NCBI GenBank assembly: GCA_009914755.4
Contig: CP086569.2
Coordinates: 11,040,001 to 11,104,000 of the forward strand
DNA from: the human T2T-CHM13v2.0 reference genome, Homo sapiens
Length of the DNA: 64,000 nucleotides
Direction: 5' to 3'
The notes under the pieces are model-generated. The model was not told the origin of the DNA, made no database searches, and was given only the letters and a program-made list of their open reading frames with translations. Below are positions 45,959-59,425 of the stretch, in pieces. Each line of letters starts with the position of its first letter. Within the stretch, counting starts at the first letter, position 1. Position numbers and translations under genes: made by a program.

Positions 45959-47899
45959 ATTACAGTTCAACATTCCATTGCATTCCATTCCATTCCACTC
46001 CATTCCATTCCATGCCATTCCATTCCATTCCTTTCCATTCCATTGCATTCTATTCCAGACCCCTCCACTCCACTGCACTCCATTCCATTTCATTCATTTC
46101 CACTCCATTCCATTCCACTCCACTCCATTCCATTACATTCCATTCCAATCCTCTCCACTCTACTGCACTTCTCCCCACTCCACTGCACTCCGTTCCATTC
46201 CATTGCATTTAACTCCACTTCATTGCTTTCCATTCCACTCCATTTGAATCCATGCCATTCCATTCCATTCCGTTCCATTCTTTTGCATTCCTTCATTCCA
46301 TTCCACTGCACTCCTATAGACTACACTCAATTCCAAACAAATCCACTCCATTAGGTTCTGTTTCATTCCATTTCTTTCCTTTCAATTCCACTAAATTCCA
46401 ATCCATTCCATTTAACTGCAGTCTGATCCACTCCACTCAACTTCACTCCACTCCACTCCATTCAGTGCACACCTTTTCACTCCATTCCACTCCATTCCAC
46501 TTCATTCCATTTTATTCCACTGCACTGCAATAAAAAATACTCAACTCCACTCCACTCCACTCCATTCCATTCTGTACTTTTCCGTTCCTTTCTTTTCCAT
46601 TCTTTTGCACTCCACTCCATTCCACTCCACTCAATTCCATCCTATTTCATTTTACTCCTTTCCTCTCCATTCCACTCCACTCCATTTTACTCCACTCCAC
46701 TCAACTCCATTCCATTCCACTCCATTACTTTCCATTACACTACATTCGAATCCAAATCATCCCACTCCATTCTACTCCATTCCTCTCCACTCCATTCCAC
46801 TCCACTCCATTTCAATCAACTCCACTCAGTTCCACTGAATTCCATTCCATTAAACTCCATTCCATTCCATTGCATTCCATTCCATTCCATTCCATTCCAT
46901 TCCATTCCATTCCTTTCCATTCATTCCATTCCATTCCACACCATTCCTTTCCAGTCCACTTGATTCCATTCCAATCCAATCCACTCCACTCCAATCTGTT
47001 CCATTCCATTCCATTCTGCTACACTACATTCCCCCCTATTCCATTCCACCCCACACCATTCTGCTCCATTCTGTTCCATTCCATTCCATTTCTTTCCATT
47101 CCTTTCATTCCTTTTCATTCCGCTGCACTCCAATCCACTCCAGTCTATTCCAAACCAATCCACTCCGTTTAGTTCCGTTCCTTTCCATTTCTATCCATTC
47201 CATTCCATTACATTCCAATTCATTCCATTTCACTGCACTCCGATCCACTCCACTCAACTTTACTCTACTCCACTCCACTCCATTCCGTTTCACACCATTC
47301 CACTCCATTCTACCCCACACCAGTTCATTCCTTTCCATTCCATTTTATTCCACTGCATTCTGATAAATAACACTCAACTCCACTCCACTCGACTCTATTT
47401 CATTCCATACTCTTCCGTTCCGTTCTTTTGCACTCCACTCCGTTCCACTCCACTCAATTCCAACCCATTCCTTTTTACTCCTTTTCACTCCATTTCACTC
47501 CACTCCATTTTACTCCACTCCACTCAACTCCATTCCATTCCACTCTATTCCATTCCATTACACAACAATCGATTCCATTTCATTCCACTCCATTCTACTC
47601 CATTCTTCTCCACTTCATTCCACTCCACTCCGTTACACTCAACTCTGTTCTATTCCATTCCATTCCATTCCATTAAACTCCATTTCATTCCATTCCATTC
47701 CATTCCATTCTATTCCATTCTATTCCACACCATTCCTTTCCACTCCACTCGATTCCATTCCAATCCACTCCACTCGATTCCATTCCAATCCACTCCACTC
47801 CAATCCACTCCATTCCATTCGATTCTGCTCCACTGCATTCCCCTCTATTTCTTTCCACCTCACACCATTCCGCTCCATTCTCTTCCATTCCATTCCATT

Positions 47900-47964
47900 C
47901 TTTATTTCGACTTGATCTCACACTGTCTTCCAGAATGGAGTGCAGTGGCACAATATTAGCTCAC
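47900..47964 (-). repeat. Alu 3'-terminal fragment, antisense
   Basis: ctttatttcgacttgatctcacactgtcttccagaatggagtgcagtggcacaatattagctcac. Confidence 0.65.
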
Positions 47965-49672
47965 ATTACATTTCACCATTCCGTTGCACTCCATTGCTTT
48001 CCATTGTATTCCATTCCATTCCATCGCATTCCATTCCAGACCACTCCACTCCACTCCACTCCACTCCACTCCATTCCATTCCATTCCTTTAAAATCCATT
48101 CCAGTGAAGTCCGATCCAAAAATTCAACTCCACTCCACTGCATTTCACTCTTCTCCTTTGCATTCTGCTCCTTTCCATTCGGATCCATTCCATTCCTTTC
48201 TCTTCCATTCCATTCCATTCCTTTCCATTCCATTTCATTCCTTTCCATTCCATTCCACTCCACTCCATTCCCTTCCATTCCACTCCATTCCATTCCATTC
48301 CATTCCACCCAATTCCATTCCTCTCCATTCCACTCCACTCCACTCCAATCCACTCCAATCCACTCCACTACACTCCAAACCATTCCAGTCTACTCCACTC
48401 TACTCCTCTCCATTTCTTTCCATTTTATTCAATTCCATTTTCTTCCATTCCACACCACTCCCTTCCATTCCATTCCATTCCATTCCATTCCACTCCATTC
48501 CATTCCATTCCATTCCATTCCACTGAATTCCCATCCACTCCAGTCAACTCCACACCACTCCAATCCACTCCACTATGTTCCGTTCCATTCCATTCCATTC
48601 AATTCCATTGAATTCCTTTCCATTCCATGCCATTCCAAACCACTTCATTCCATTCCAATCCATTCCCGTTCATTTCATTCCACTCCACTCCACTCCATTC
48701 AATTCCATTCCTTTCCACTGCACTCCAATCCACTCCACTCAACTACATTCCACTCCACTCCACTCTGTTCTATTGCATTCCCTTGCATTCAATTCCATTA
48801 TGTTCCATTCGATCCCACTCCATTCCCACCCTCTCCACTCTATTCCACTCTGTTCCATTACACTTCATTCCACCTCATTTCTCTCCATTCTACACCATTC
48901 CTCTCCATTCCATTCCACTCCATTCCACTCCAGTCAATTCCACTCCATTCCATTCGACACCACTCTAATCCATTCCATTCCACTCAATTCCACTACACTC
49001 GACTCCACTCCACTCCGTTCCATTCCACTCCTCTAAACTCCGTTCCATTTCAATCCATTAATTTCCATTTCATGACATTCCATTCCACTGCATGTTGATA
49101 CACTCCACTCAACTCCACTCCACTCCACTCCGTTCCATTCCATTTCGTTCTATTCCATTCCATTCCACCCTACTTCATTTCATCCCACTGCATTCCACCA
49201 CACTCCACTCCACTCCACTCCTGTCCTTTCCATTTCATTCCATTCCGTTCCACTGCACTCAAATCCACTTCACTCAATACCACACCACTTCACTCCATTC
49301 CATTCCGTTCCATTTCGTTCTATTTCATTTCGTTTAACTCCATTCCTTTTGATTCCACTCCACTCCAATCCACTCCATTCCACTCTATTCCACTTCACTG
49401 CAATACAATGCACTCTACTCCACTCCATTTCATTCCTCTCCATTCCTTTCCATTCTACTCCATTCCATTACATTGCATTTCACTCCATGCTACTCTATTC
49501 CACTCCACTCCATTGCACTCCACTCCATTCCACTCTACTCTACTCCATTCCATTCAATTCCACTCCGTTCCATTTTATTCCACTTCTTGTCACTCCATTC
49601 CACTCCACTATACTCCATTTCACTGCACTCCATTCCATTGCATTCTACTCCTTTCCATTCCATTCCATTCCA

Positions 49673-49736
49673 TTATTTCGACTAGATCTAACTCTGTCAC
49701 CCAGAGTGGAGTGCAGTTTCACAATCTTAGCTCACA
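49673..49736 (-). repeat. Alu 3'-terminal fragment, antisense
   Basis: ttatttcgactagatctaactctgtcacccagagtggagtgcagtttcacaatcttagctcac. Confidence 0.65.
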
Positions 49737-49939
49737 TTACCTTTCATCATTCTGGTACTTCCATTTCATTAGATTCCACTCCATTCCAATCAACTCCACT
49801 CCACTCCACTCCATTCCATTCAATTCCACTCAATTCCATTTAATTTCACTCCTTGTCACTCCATTCCATTCCACTACACTCCATTCCACTCCCCTCCATT
49901 CCGTTGCATTCTACTCCTTTTCATTCCATTCCTTTCCAT

Positions 49940-50003
49940 TATTTCGACTTGAACTCACTCCATCACCCAGAGTGGAATGCAGTGGCACAATCTTATCTCA
50001 CAG
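49940..50003 (-). repeat. Alu 3'-terminal fragment, antisense (a 264-bp local duplicate of the preceding one)
   Basis: ttatttcgacttgaactcactccatcacccagagtggaatgcagtggcacaatcttatctcac. Confidence 0.65.
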
Positions 50004-50896
50004 TACATTTCGTCATTCCATTACATTCCATTTCTTTAGATTCCACGACATTCCAATCAACTTCACTCCACTCCACACAATGTGACAACACTCCATTCCA
50101 TTCCATTTTCTTCCATTTCATTCCACTGCACTCCAATCCACTCCCTTCGTCTCCACTCCACTCCAATCCAATCCATTCTGTTCCATTCCATTTAATTCCG
50201 TTTCATTCCATTCCATTCCATTCCATTCCATTCCATTCCATTCCATTCCAATCCACTCCATCCATTCCACTCCATTCCCGTCCATTCCCCTCCACTCCAC
50301 TCCATTCCCGTCCATTCCCCTCCACTCCACTCCATTCCATTCCATTCCATTCCACTCCATTCCATTCTATTCCATTCCATTCCACTGCACTGCCATCGAC
50401 TCCAGTCAACTCCACACCACTCCTATGCACTCCACTATGTTCCTTTCCATTCCATTCCATTCCATTCCATTGAATTCCGCTCCATTCCATGCAATTCCAA
50501 ACCACAACATTCCATTCCACTGCATTCCACTCCATTCCTTTCCACTCCACTCCACTGCATTCAATTCCATTCCATTCCACTGCACTCCAGTCAACTCCAC
50601 TCAAATGCATTCCACTCCACTCCACTCCACTCCACTCCACTCCACTCCACTCCACTCCACAGTTCCAATGTGTTCCCTTGCATTTCATTCGGTTCTGTTC
50701 CGTTTAATTCCACTCCATTCCCTTCCTCTCCACTCCATTCCACTCCACTCCTTTTCACTCCATTCCATTCCATTCCACTCCTCTCCACTCCACTGCACTC
50801 CATTCGATTTGACTCCCTTTCATTCCACTACCCTCCATTCCGTTTCATTCCATTCCTCTCCATTCCTTTCTTTTCTACTCCACTCCATTTCACTGC

Positions 50897-50960
50897 TTAA
50901 TTTCTACTCACTCTTTCACACAGACTGGAGTGTAGTGGCACACTCTTAGGTTGCATTTCA
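50897..50960 (-). repeat. Alu 3'-terminal fragment, antisense
   Basis: cttaatttctactcactctttcacacagactggagtgtagtggcacactcttaggttgc. Confidence 0.55.
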
Positions 50961-51402
50961 TTTCAAAATTCCATTCCATTCCACTCCATTCCATTCCATT
51001 CCACTTCACTCCATTCCATTCCATTCAATTCCTTTTCATTCCACTGAACTCCAATCCACTTCACTCAACTCCACTCCACTCTATTCCTCTCCATTCCATT
51101 CCATTCTATTCCATTCCATTCCATTCCATTCCATTCCATTCCGATTCATTCCATTTCATCCCATTCCTTTCCTTTCCATTACCTTACATTCCACTCCATT
51201 CCATTCCATTCCACTCCAGTCCACTCTAATCCATTCCATTCCATTCCACTCCACTCCATTCCATTCCATCCCACTCTATTTCACTCCATTCCACTACAAT
51301 CCATTCCACTCCACTCCATTCCATTCCCTTACACTCCACTCCATTCCCTTACACTCCACTCCATTCCAGTGTGTTCTACCCCATTCCATTCCTTTCCTTT
51401 CA

Positions 51403-51467
51403 TTTATTTTGGCTTGACCTCACTCCATCACCTAGACTGGAGTACAGTGTCACAATCGTAGCTCACA
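51403..51467 (-). repeat. Alu 3'-terminal fragment, antisense
   Basis: tttattttggcttgacctcactccatcacctagactggagtacagtgtcacaatcgtagctcac. Confidence 0.6.
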
Positions 51468-52003
51468 TTTAATTTCACCAATGCATTCCATTCCATTACA
51501 TTCCAAAATATTCCATTCCTCTCCACTCCACTCCCCTCGATTCCATTCCGCTCAACTCCACTCCACTCCATTCCATTCCATTCCATTCCACTCTATTCCT
51601 CTGCACTCTGATCCACACCACTCAACTCCAATCCCCTCCACTCTACTCCAACACGTTCCATTCTTTTACATTCCACTCTGTTCCATTCCATTCCATTTGG
51701 TTTCACTCCATTACATTCCACTCCATTCCATTCCTTTGCACTCCATTCCATTCTACTCCAGTCCACACTATTCCACTCCACTCCACACTATTCCACTCCA
51801 CGCCATTGCTGTCCACTGCTTTCCACTCCACTCCATTCAAATCCATTCCACACCACTCCACTCCATTCTATTCTAGTCCATTTCACTCCATTCCACTGCA
51901 CTCCATTGACCTCCACACCATTCCACTCCACTTCACTCCATTCTACTCCATTCCATTCCACTCCAATCCATTTAATTCCATTCTACTTCATTCCATTGTA
52001 TTA

Positions 52004-52070
52004 CTTTATTTTGATTGGATCTTTTTCTGTCACCTAGACTGGAGTGCAGTGGCACGATATTAGCTCACAT
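52004..52070 (-). repeat. Alu 3'-terminal fragment, antisense; it retains a CpG (ggcacgatat, compare the Alu GGCGCGATCT)
   Basis: ctttattttgattggatctttttctgtcacctagactggagtgcagtggcacgatattagctcac. Confidence 0.65.
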
Positions 52071-53480
52071 TTCATTTCACCATTCCATTCCATTCCATTA
52101 CACTCCACTCTACTACACTGCACTCCACTGCATTGTATACCTTTTCATTCCTTTTCTTTCCATTCCATTCCATTCCATTCCATTCCATCCCATTCCATTC
52201 CATTCCATTCCATTCCATTCCATTCCATTGCACTCCATTCCATTCCACTGCCCTCTGATCCACCCCACTCAACTCCACTCCATGCCATTCTGTTCTGTTC
52301 TGGTCTATTCCATTCCCTTCTATTCCCTTCCATTCTGTTCCATTCCTTTCCATTTCAAGCCATTCCATTCCATTCCACTGCATTCGTCTCCTTTCCACTA
52401 CACTTCGCTCCACTCAATTCTATGCCATTGCATTCCACTACATTCTGATCCACTCCAATCAACAACACTCCGCTTCTCTCCACTCCACTCCATTTCATTC
52501 CATTCTGCTCCATTCCATTCCATTTCATTCCACTCCATTCCATACCATGCCAGTCTATTCCACTCCATTCCATTGCACTTCATTCCACCTCATTCCTGTC
52601 CATTCTACAAAATTCCACTCCATTCAATTCCACTCCATTCCATTCCACTCCATTCCACTCCACTCCATTCCACTCCATTCCATTTGACCCAGCTCCAGTC
52701 CATTCCATTCCACTCCATTCCACTACACTCGACTCCACTCCATTCCATTCCACTCCTCTAAACTCTGTTCCATTCTAATCCATTAATTTTCATTTAATTA
52801 CGTTCCATTCCACTGCACTTTGATTCACTCCACTCAACTCCACTCCACTCCATTCCATTCCATTCCTTTCTATTCCATTCCTTTCCATTCCATTTCATTC
52901 CATTCTTTTCCATTCCGTTTAACCCGACTCCATTTCATTCCACTTCATTCCACGACACTCCACTCCAGTCCACTCCACTCCTCTCCTTTCCGTTCCATTC
53001 CATTCCACTACACTCGAATCCACTTCATTCAACATCACTGCACTCCACTCCATTCCATTCCATTCCATTCCATTCTGTTCCATTTCATTTCATTCAACTC
53101 CATTCCTTTTGATTCCACACCACTCCACTCCACTCCATTTCACTCAAGTCCAATCCATTCCACTTCTCTACAATGTAATGCACTCCACTCCACTACATTC
53201 CATTCCACTCCATTCCATTCCATTCCATTCTTCTCCATTCAATTTCTTTGCATTGTACTCCATTCCATTCCATTCCATTTCACTCCATGCTACTCCATTC
53301 CACTCCACTCCTTTGCACTCCACTCCATTCCACTCCACTGCACTCCATTCCACTCCATTCCATTCAATTCCACTCCATTCCATTTTTTTCCACTTCTTGT
53401 CACTCCATTCCACTGCACTACACTCCATTCCACTCCACTTCATTCCATTGCATTCTACTTCTTTCCATTCCATTCCATTC

Positions 53481-53545
53481 GAATATTTCAACTAGATCTC
53501 ACTTCGTCACCCAGAGAAGAGTGCAGTGGCACAATCTTAGGTCAC
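53481..53545 (-). repeat. Alu 3'-terminal fragment, antisense
   Basis: gaatatttcaactagatctcacttcgtcacccagagaagagtgcagtggcacaatcttaggtcac. Confidence 0.6.
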
Positions 53546-54530
53546 ATTACATTTCATCATTCCATTACATTCCGTTTCATTAGATTCCACTCCATTCCAA
53601 TCAACTCCACTCCACTCCATTCCACTCCATTCCTTTCAATTCCACTCCATTCCATTTTATTCCACTGCTTGTCACTCCATTCCACTGCACTACACTCCAT
53701 TCCACTCCATTCCAATCCACTCCTTTCTACTCCATTCCATTCCATTCCATTCCATTCCATTCCTCTGCACTCAGATCCACTCCACTCAGCTCCACTCCAC
53801 ACCACTCCATGCCGTTCCATTCGGTTCCATGCCGTTCTGTTCCATTCCGTTCCATTTCTTTCCACTCCAGTCCACTACATTCCCTTATATTCGATTCCAT
53901 TGAACTCCATTCCACTCCTCTCCACTCCACTGCACTCCACTCCACTTCATTCAAATCCATCCCATTCCATTCCCTTCCTTATCACTGCAATGCACTCCAC
54001 ACCACTCCACTCCACTTCATTCCATTCTATTCCAATCCACTCTGTTCCTTTTCATTCCACTCCATACCATGCCATTCCACCCGATTCCATTCCATTACTT
54101 TCATTTCAATCCACTGGACTCCACTCCACCACTATCCACGACATTCCAGTCCACCCCATTCCACTCCAGTACACTCCATTCCACTCCAATCCACTCCTGT
54201 CCATTCCATTCCATTCCATTTTATTACATTCCATTAACTTCCTTTCCACTCCACTCCAATCCATTCCATTCTTCTGCACTCAGATACATTCCAGTCAACA
54301 GCACACAACTCTACTCAACTCCACTCTGTTCCGTTCAGTTCCTTTCTTTTACTTTAAATTCCATTCCCTTCTGTTCCACTGCATTCCACTCCACTACATT
54401 CCATTACATCCGATTACGTTCCTCTCCATTCCACTGCACTCCATTTCACTTCATTCCAGTCACCTTCACTCCGTTCCACTCCACTCCATTAGTTTACACT
54501 CCACTCCAAACAATCACTCCACCCCATTCC

Positions 54531-54700
54531 ATTCCATTCCATTGCATTCCATTCCATTCCATTCCATTCCATTCCATTCCATTCCATTGCATTCCATTCC
54601 ATTCCATTCCATTGCATTCCATTCCATTCCATTCCATTCCATTGCATTTCCTTCCATTGCATTCCATTCCATTCCACTCCATTCCATTCCATTCCTATCC
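54531..54700 (+). repeat. Locally homogenised near-pure (CCATT)n with a GCATT variant about every 20-45 bp
   Basis: ccattgcattccattccattccattccattccattccattccattgcattcc... Confidence 0.7.
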
Positions 54701-56770
54701 TTTCCATTACCATCGTTTCCACTTCATTTTATTCAATTCCACTCCCTTCCATTTCATTCCGCTACATTCCACTCCATTCCACTCCAATCCACTCCATTCC
54801 ACTCCACTACAGTCCACTTCACTCCACTCCTCTCCATTCCATTCCATTTTATTCCATTCCATACAATTCCATTCTAATCCACTCCATTCCATTCCAATCC
54901 ACTGCACTCCGATCTACTCTATTAAACTCCCCTCCACTCAACTCCACATTGCTCTGTTCTATTCGATTCGATTCCATTCCACTCCACACTATTCCATTCC
55001 ACTGATTTCCACTCCATTCAACTCCATTCCTCTTCACTCCACTGCACTCCACTCTACTCCACTCCTTTCCATTCCTTTTAATTCCACTGCACTCTGATCC
55101 ACTCAACTCAAATCCACTGCACTCAACTCCACTCCATTCCAATCCATTGCACTCATTCCCTTTCTTTCCATTCCATTCCATTCCATTCCGTTCCACTAAT
55201 TTCCATTCTATTCCTATCCATTCAACTCCACTGCATTCCATTCCTGTACTTTACACTCCACTCCACTCTATTCCACTGATTTCCACTCCACTCTACTCCG
55301 CTCAATTCCTTTCCATTCCATTCCATTTCACTGCATTCCAATCCACTCCACTCGTCTCCACTCCACTCCTCTCCACTCCTCTCTGTACCATTCCATTACT
55401 TTCCGTTCTGTTCTGTTCCTTTCCACTCCATTCCATTCCACTGCAGTCCATTTCACTCCATTCCAATCCAGTCCTCTACACTCCATGCCACTCCACTCCT
55501 TTCCATTCCATTCCATTTCCATCCATTCCATTCCAATCCCCTCCATTTCATTCCATTACGTTCATTTCCATTCCATTCCACTGCACTCCAGGCACTCCAC
55601 TCAACTCCACTCCACTACATTCTGCTAGGTTCCGTTTTCTTCCATTGCCTTTTGATCCATTCCATTTCATTCCTTTCCATTCTATTCCTTTCGATTTCAC
55701 TCCATTCCATTCCACTCCATTCCAATGCATTCCATTCCACTCCACTCCACTCTCTTCCTTTGCATTCTATTCCAATCCACTGCAATCTGATCCACTCCAC
55801 TCAACTTTGCTCCACTCCACTCCCGTCCTTTGCAGTCTGTTCCATTCCATTTCATTCCATTCCATTCCTATCCACTACTCTCCATTCCATTCCACTTCAT
55901 TCCCCTCCATTCCGTTACACTCCACTTCATTACATTCCACTCTATTCATTACCATTCCTCTCTACTCCATTCCAGTTCACTCCATTCCATTCCACTCGAC
56001 TCCATTCATTCCATTCCACTCCATTCCATTCCATTCTACCCCATTCCATCCCATTAGTCTCCATTCCACTCCACTCCACTACACTATAACCCAGTCCACT
56101 CCACTGCACTCAATTCCATTCCACTCCTCTCCATTACATTCGATTCCATTTTATTCCATTGCATTGCATTCCATTCCCTTCCATCCAATTTAACTGCATT
56201 CTGTTCCAATCCACTCAAATTCGCTCCACTCCAGTCCACTCTATTCTGTTCCATTCCATTCCATTTTCTTCCGTTCTATTCAATTCCATTCCATTTCATT
56301 CCATTCCATGCCACTCCATTCCATTCCATTCCCCTCTATTGCCCTGCATTCCTATTAAATCCACTCCACTCCATTCGACTCCAATCCACTCAAATCCAGT
56401 CCACTCCACTGCATTCTATTCCATTCCAATGGACTCCAGTCGACTCCATTCATATCCACTCCACTCCACTCTACTCAGTTCCATTCCGTTAAGTTCTGTT
56501 CCATTCTGTTTCATTCCGTTCCTTTCCAGTCCAATCCCTTCCACTCCCCTCCATTCCACTCCACTCCATTGCACTGCATTCCACTCCACTCAAATCCTCT
56601 CCACTCCAGTCCATTCCATTTCACTCCATTCCATTCCATTACTCTCCTTGTCACTCCAATCCACTCCACTCCATTGAACTCCACATCATTCCACTCCCCT
56701 CCACTCCATTCCACTCAATTCGTTTCCACTCCACTCCACTCCTTTCCCTTCTACTCCTTTCCAATCCATT

Positions 56771-56838
56771 TCTTTATTTCTACTTGACCTCATTCTGTCT
56801 TCCAGACTGGAGTGCAGTGTCACAATCCTGGCTAAAAT
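56771..56838 (-). repeat. Alu 3'-terminal fragment, antisense
   Basis: tctttatttctacttgacctcattctgtcttccagactggagtgcagtgtcacaatcctggctaa. Confidence 0.55.
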
Positions 56839-57065
56839 TTCATTTCACAATTCGATTCCATTCCATTCCATTTCTTTCCACTCTACTCCATTCCACTCCA
56901 CTAAACTCCACTCCACTCCTCTCCCCCCACACCACTCAATTCCATTTCACTGAACTCCATTCCATTCCATCCCATTGAATTCCATTATATTACATTCCGT
57001 ACCATTCCATTCCATACCATTCCATTAAATTCCACTCCTCTCCATTCCATTCCCCTCCATTCCAA

Positions 57066-57120
57066 TGGAATCTCACTCTGTCATGCAGATTCGATTGCAG
57101 TTGCAAAATCTTCACTCACA
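57066..57120 (-). repeat. Alu 3'-terminal fragment, antisense (lacks the poly-T side)
   Basis: tggaatctcactctgtcatgcagattcgattgcagttgcaaaatcttcactcac. Confidence 0.5.
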
Positions 57121-58249
57121 TTTCATTTCACTATTACATTCCATTCCATTCCGTTTCCACTGCATTCTGATATACTCCACTCAACTCCTCTCAACTCCAC
57201 TCCACTCCACTCCACTCCGTTTCGTTCCATTCCATTCCATTCCATTCCATTCCATTCCATTCCATTCCATTCCATTCCATTTCATCGCATGCCCTTCCTT
57301 TCCGGTCCATTCCATTCAATTCCACACCACTCCTTTCAATTCCACTCCATTCCACTCCATTCCTCTCCTCTACACTACAATCCACTTAACTCCACTCCAT
57401 TCCACTCCACTCCTCACCAATCCACTCCCCTCCACTCCACTCCATTGAATTGCATTTCATTCCACTTCACTCTGATCCACTCCTCTCAACTCCACTCCAC
57501 TCCACTTCATTCCATTCCGTTAGGTTCCATTCTGGTCCATTCGACTCCACTCCAGTCAATTCCTCTCCACTCCATACCACTCCACTCCAATCCACACTAC
57601 TTTACTCCACTCCATTCCACTCCACTCCATTCCATGCCACTCCACTCCATTCTGCTCCATTCCTTTCACTTTTATTACATTCAATTCCACTGCAGTGTGA
57701 TATCCTGCACTCAATTCCACTGTACACCACTTCACTGTGTTCCGATCCTTTCCCTTGTGTTCAGTTCTGTCCCATTCCATTCCACACCGTTCCATTCTCT
57801 TACACTCCAGTCCATTCCAGTCCGCTCCACTCTGTTCCGTTTTCTTCCATTCCATTCCATTCCATTCCATTCCATTCCATTCCATATTTTTCCATACCAT
57901 TCCATTCCACTTAACCCCATTCCATCCCAACCCATTCCCCTCTCTTCCACTCCACTCCACTCCTTTCCATATCATTCCATTGCAGGACACTCTGATCCAC
58001 TATACTGAACTCCACCCCACTCCACTCCACTACATTCCATTCCATACCTTTCCATTCCATTCCTTTCCATTCCATTCCACTCAAATCCATTCCACTCCAA
58101 TTCATTCCACTACACTCCTTTCCACTCCACTCCTTTTCACTCCATTCTACTCCATCGCACTCCACTCCAATCCACTCCATTTCATTCCATTCCATTCCAT
58201 TCCACTCCACTCCATTCCAATCCATTCTACTCCATTCCATTACATTGCT

Positions 58250-58312
58250 TTAATTTGACTAGATCTCATTCAGTCACCCAGATTGGAGTGCAGTGGAAAA
58301 ATATCAGCTCAC
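58250..58312 (-). repeat. Alu 3'-terminal fragment, antisense
   Basis: taatttgactagatctcattcagtcacccagattggagtgcagtggaaaaatatcagctcac. Confidence 0.6.
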
Positions 58313-59360
58313 ATTTCTTTTGACCAGTCCATTCCATTCCATTCCATTCCATTCCATTCCATTCCATTCCATTCCATTCTTTTACATTCTTCTCTATTCC
58401 AATGCACTCCGAACCACTCCACTCAACTCTACTCCAATCCCGTGCACTGCACTCTCTTGTATTCCTTTCTACTGTGTTCCATTCCATTCCATTGCATACT
58501 ATACCATTCGATTCCACTCCACTCCAATCCATTCCACTCAATTCCACTCCACTCCACCCCACTGCCCTCCACTCCATTCCATTCCATTCCGCACCACTCC
58601 TTTCCACTCCACTCCATTTCATCCAATTCTACTCAATTCCACTCCACTAATATCCACTCCAATGCATTCCACTAAACTCCATGCCCTTCCACTCCATTCC
58701 ACTCCATTCCTCTCCATTGTATTGCATTCCATTCCATTCCATTGCACTCCATTCCTCTCCATTATATTGCATTCCATTCCATTTCATTGCACTCCATTCC
58801 ATTCCATTCCATTGCACTCCATTCCATTCCATTCCACTTCATTGCATTCTACTCCACTCCACTCCATTTCATTCCATTCCATTCCACTCCAGTCTCTTCC
58901 AATCCACTCCTGTGCATTCCATTAAATTCCATTGCATTCCACTGCACTGTAATCCACTCCAATCAATTCCACTCCACTCCAATCCAATCCGTTCGATTCC
59001 ATTCGGTTCCCTTCCATTCCATTTCCCTCCATACGATTACACTCCACTCCGTTCTGCTCCACGCCATTTCTCTCCTTTCCACTTTATTCGACTCCACACC
59101 ACTCCACACCATTCCATTCCACTTCACTCCATTCCATTACACTCCATTCCATTCCATTCCATTCCACTCCACCCCATTGCACTCCACTCCACTCCATTTC
59201 ATTCCATTCAAATCCATACCATGGCATTTCAATCTACTCCACTCCACTCCATTCCACTCCACTACATTCCACTCCACTCCACTCCATTCCACTCCATTCT
59301 ATTCCAATCCACTCCATTCCATTCCATTGTACTCCATTCCATTCCATTGTACTCCATTCC

Positions 59361-59425
59361 ATTCCATTGCTTTATTTCGTATGAATCTCACTCTGTCACC
59401 AAGAGTGGAGAGCAGTGGCACAATC
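59361..59425 (-). repeat. Alu 3'-terminal fragment, antisense
   Basis: ctttatttcgtatgaatctcactctgtcaccaagagtggagagcagtggcacaatcttagctgac. Confidence 0.6.

Larger units (their letters stand above)
48930..53550 (+). repeat. Local HOR with a period of about 3.7-3.8 kb, with two related copies. It contains a 264-bp sub-duplication at 49,673-50,003
   Basis: 49,030 ('cctctaaactccgttcc...attaatttccatttcatgac') matches 52,748. 49,310-49,736 matches 53,060-53,545, including the Alu fragment with its unusual 'cacccagagtgga' core. 48,530 also resembles 50,385, an offset of about 1.85 kb. Confidence 0.6.

Noticed and set aside
50263-50342. A 40-bp direct duplication (ccactccattcccgtccattcccctccact, twice)
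   Set aside because: It is real but trivial. It is ordinary slippage or unequal exchange within a satellite, and not worth a separate finding.
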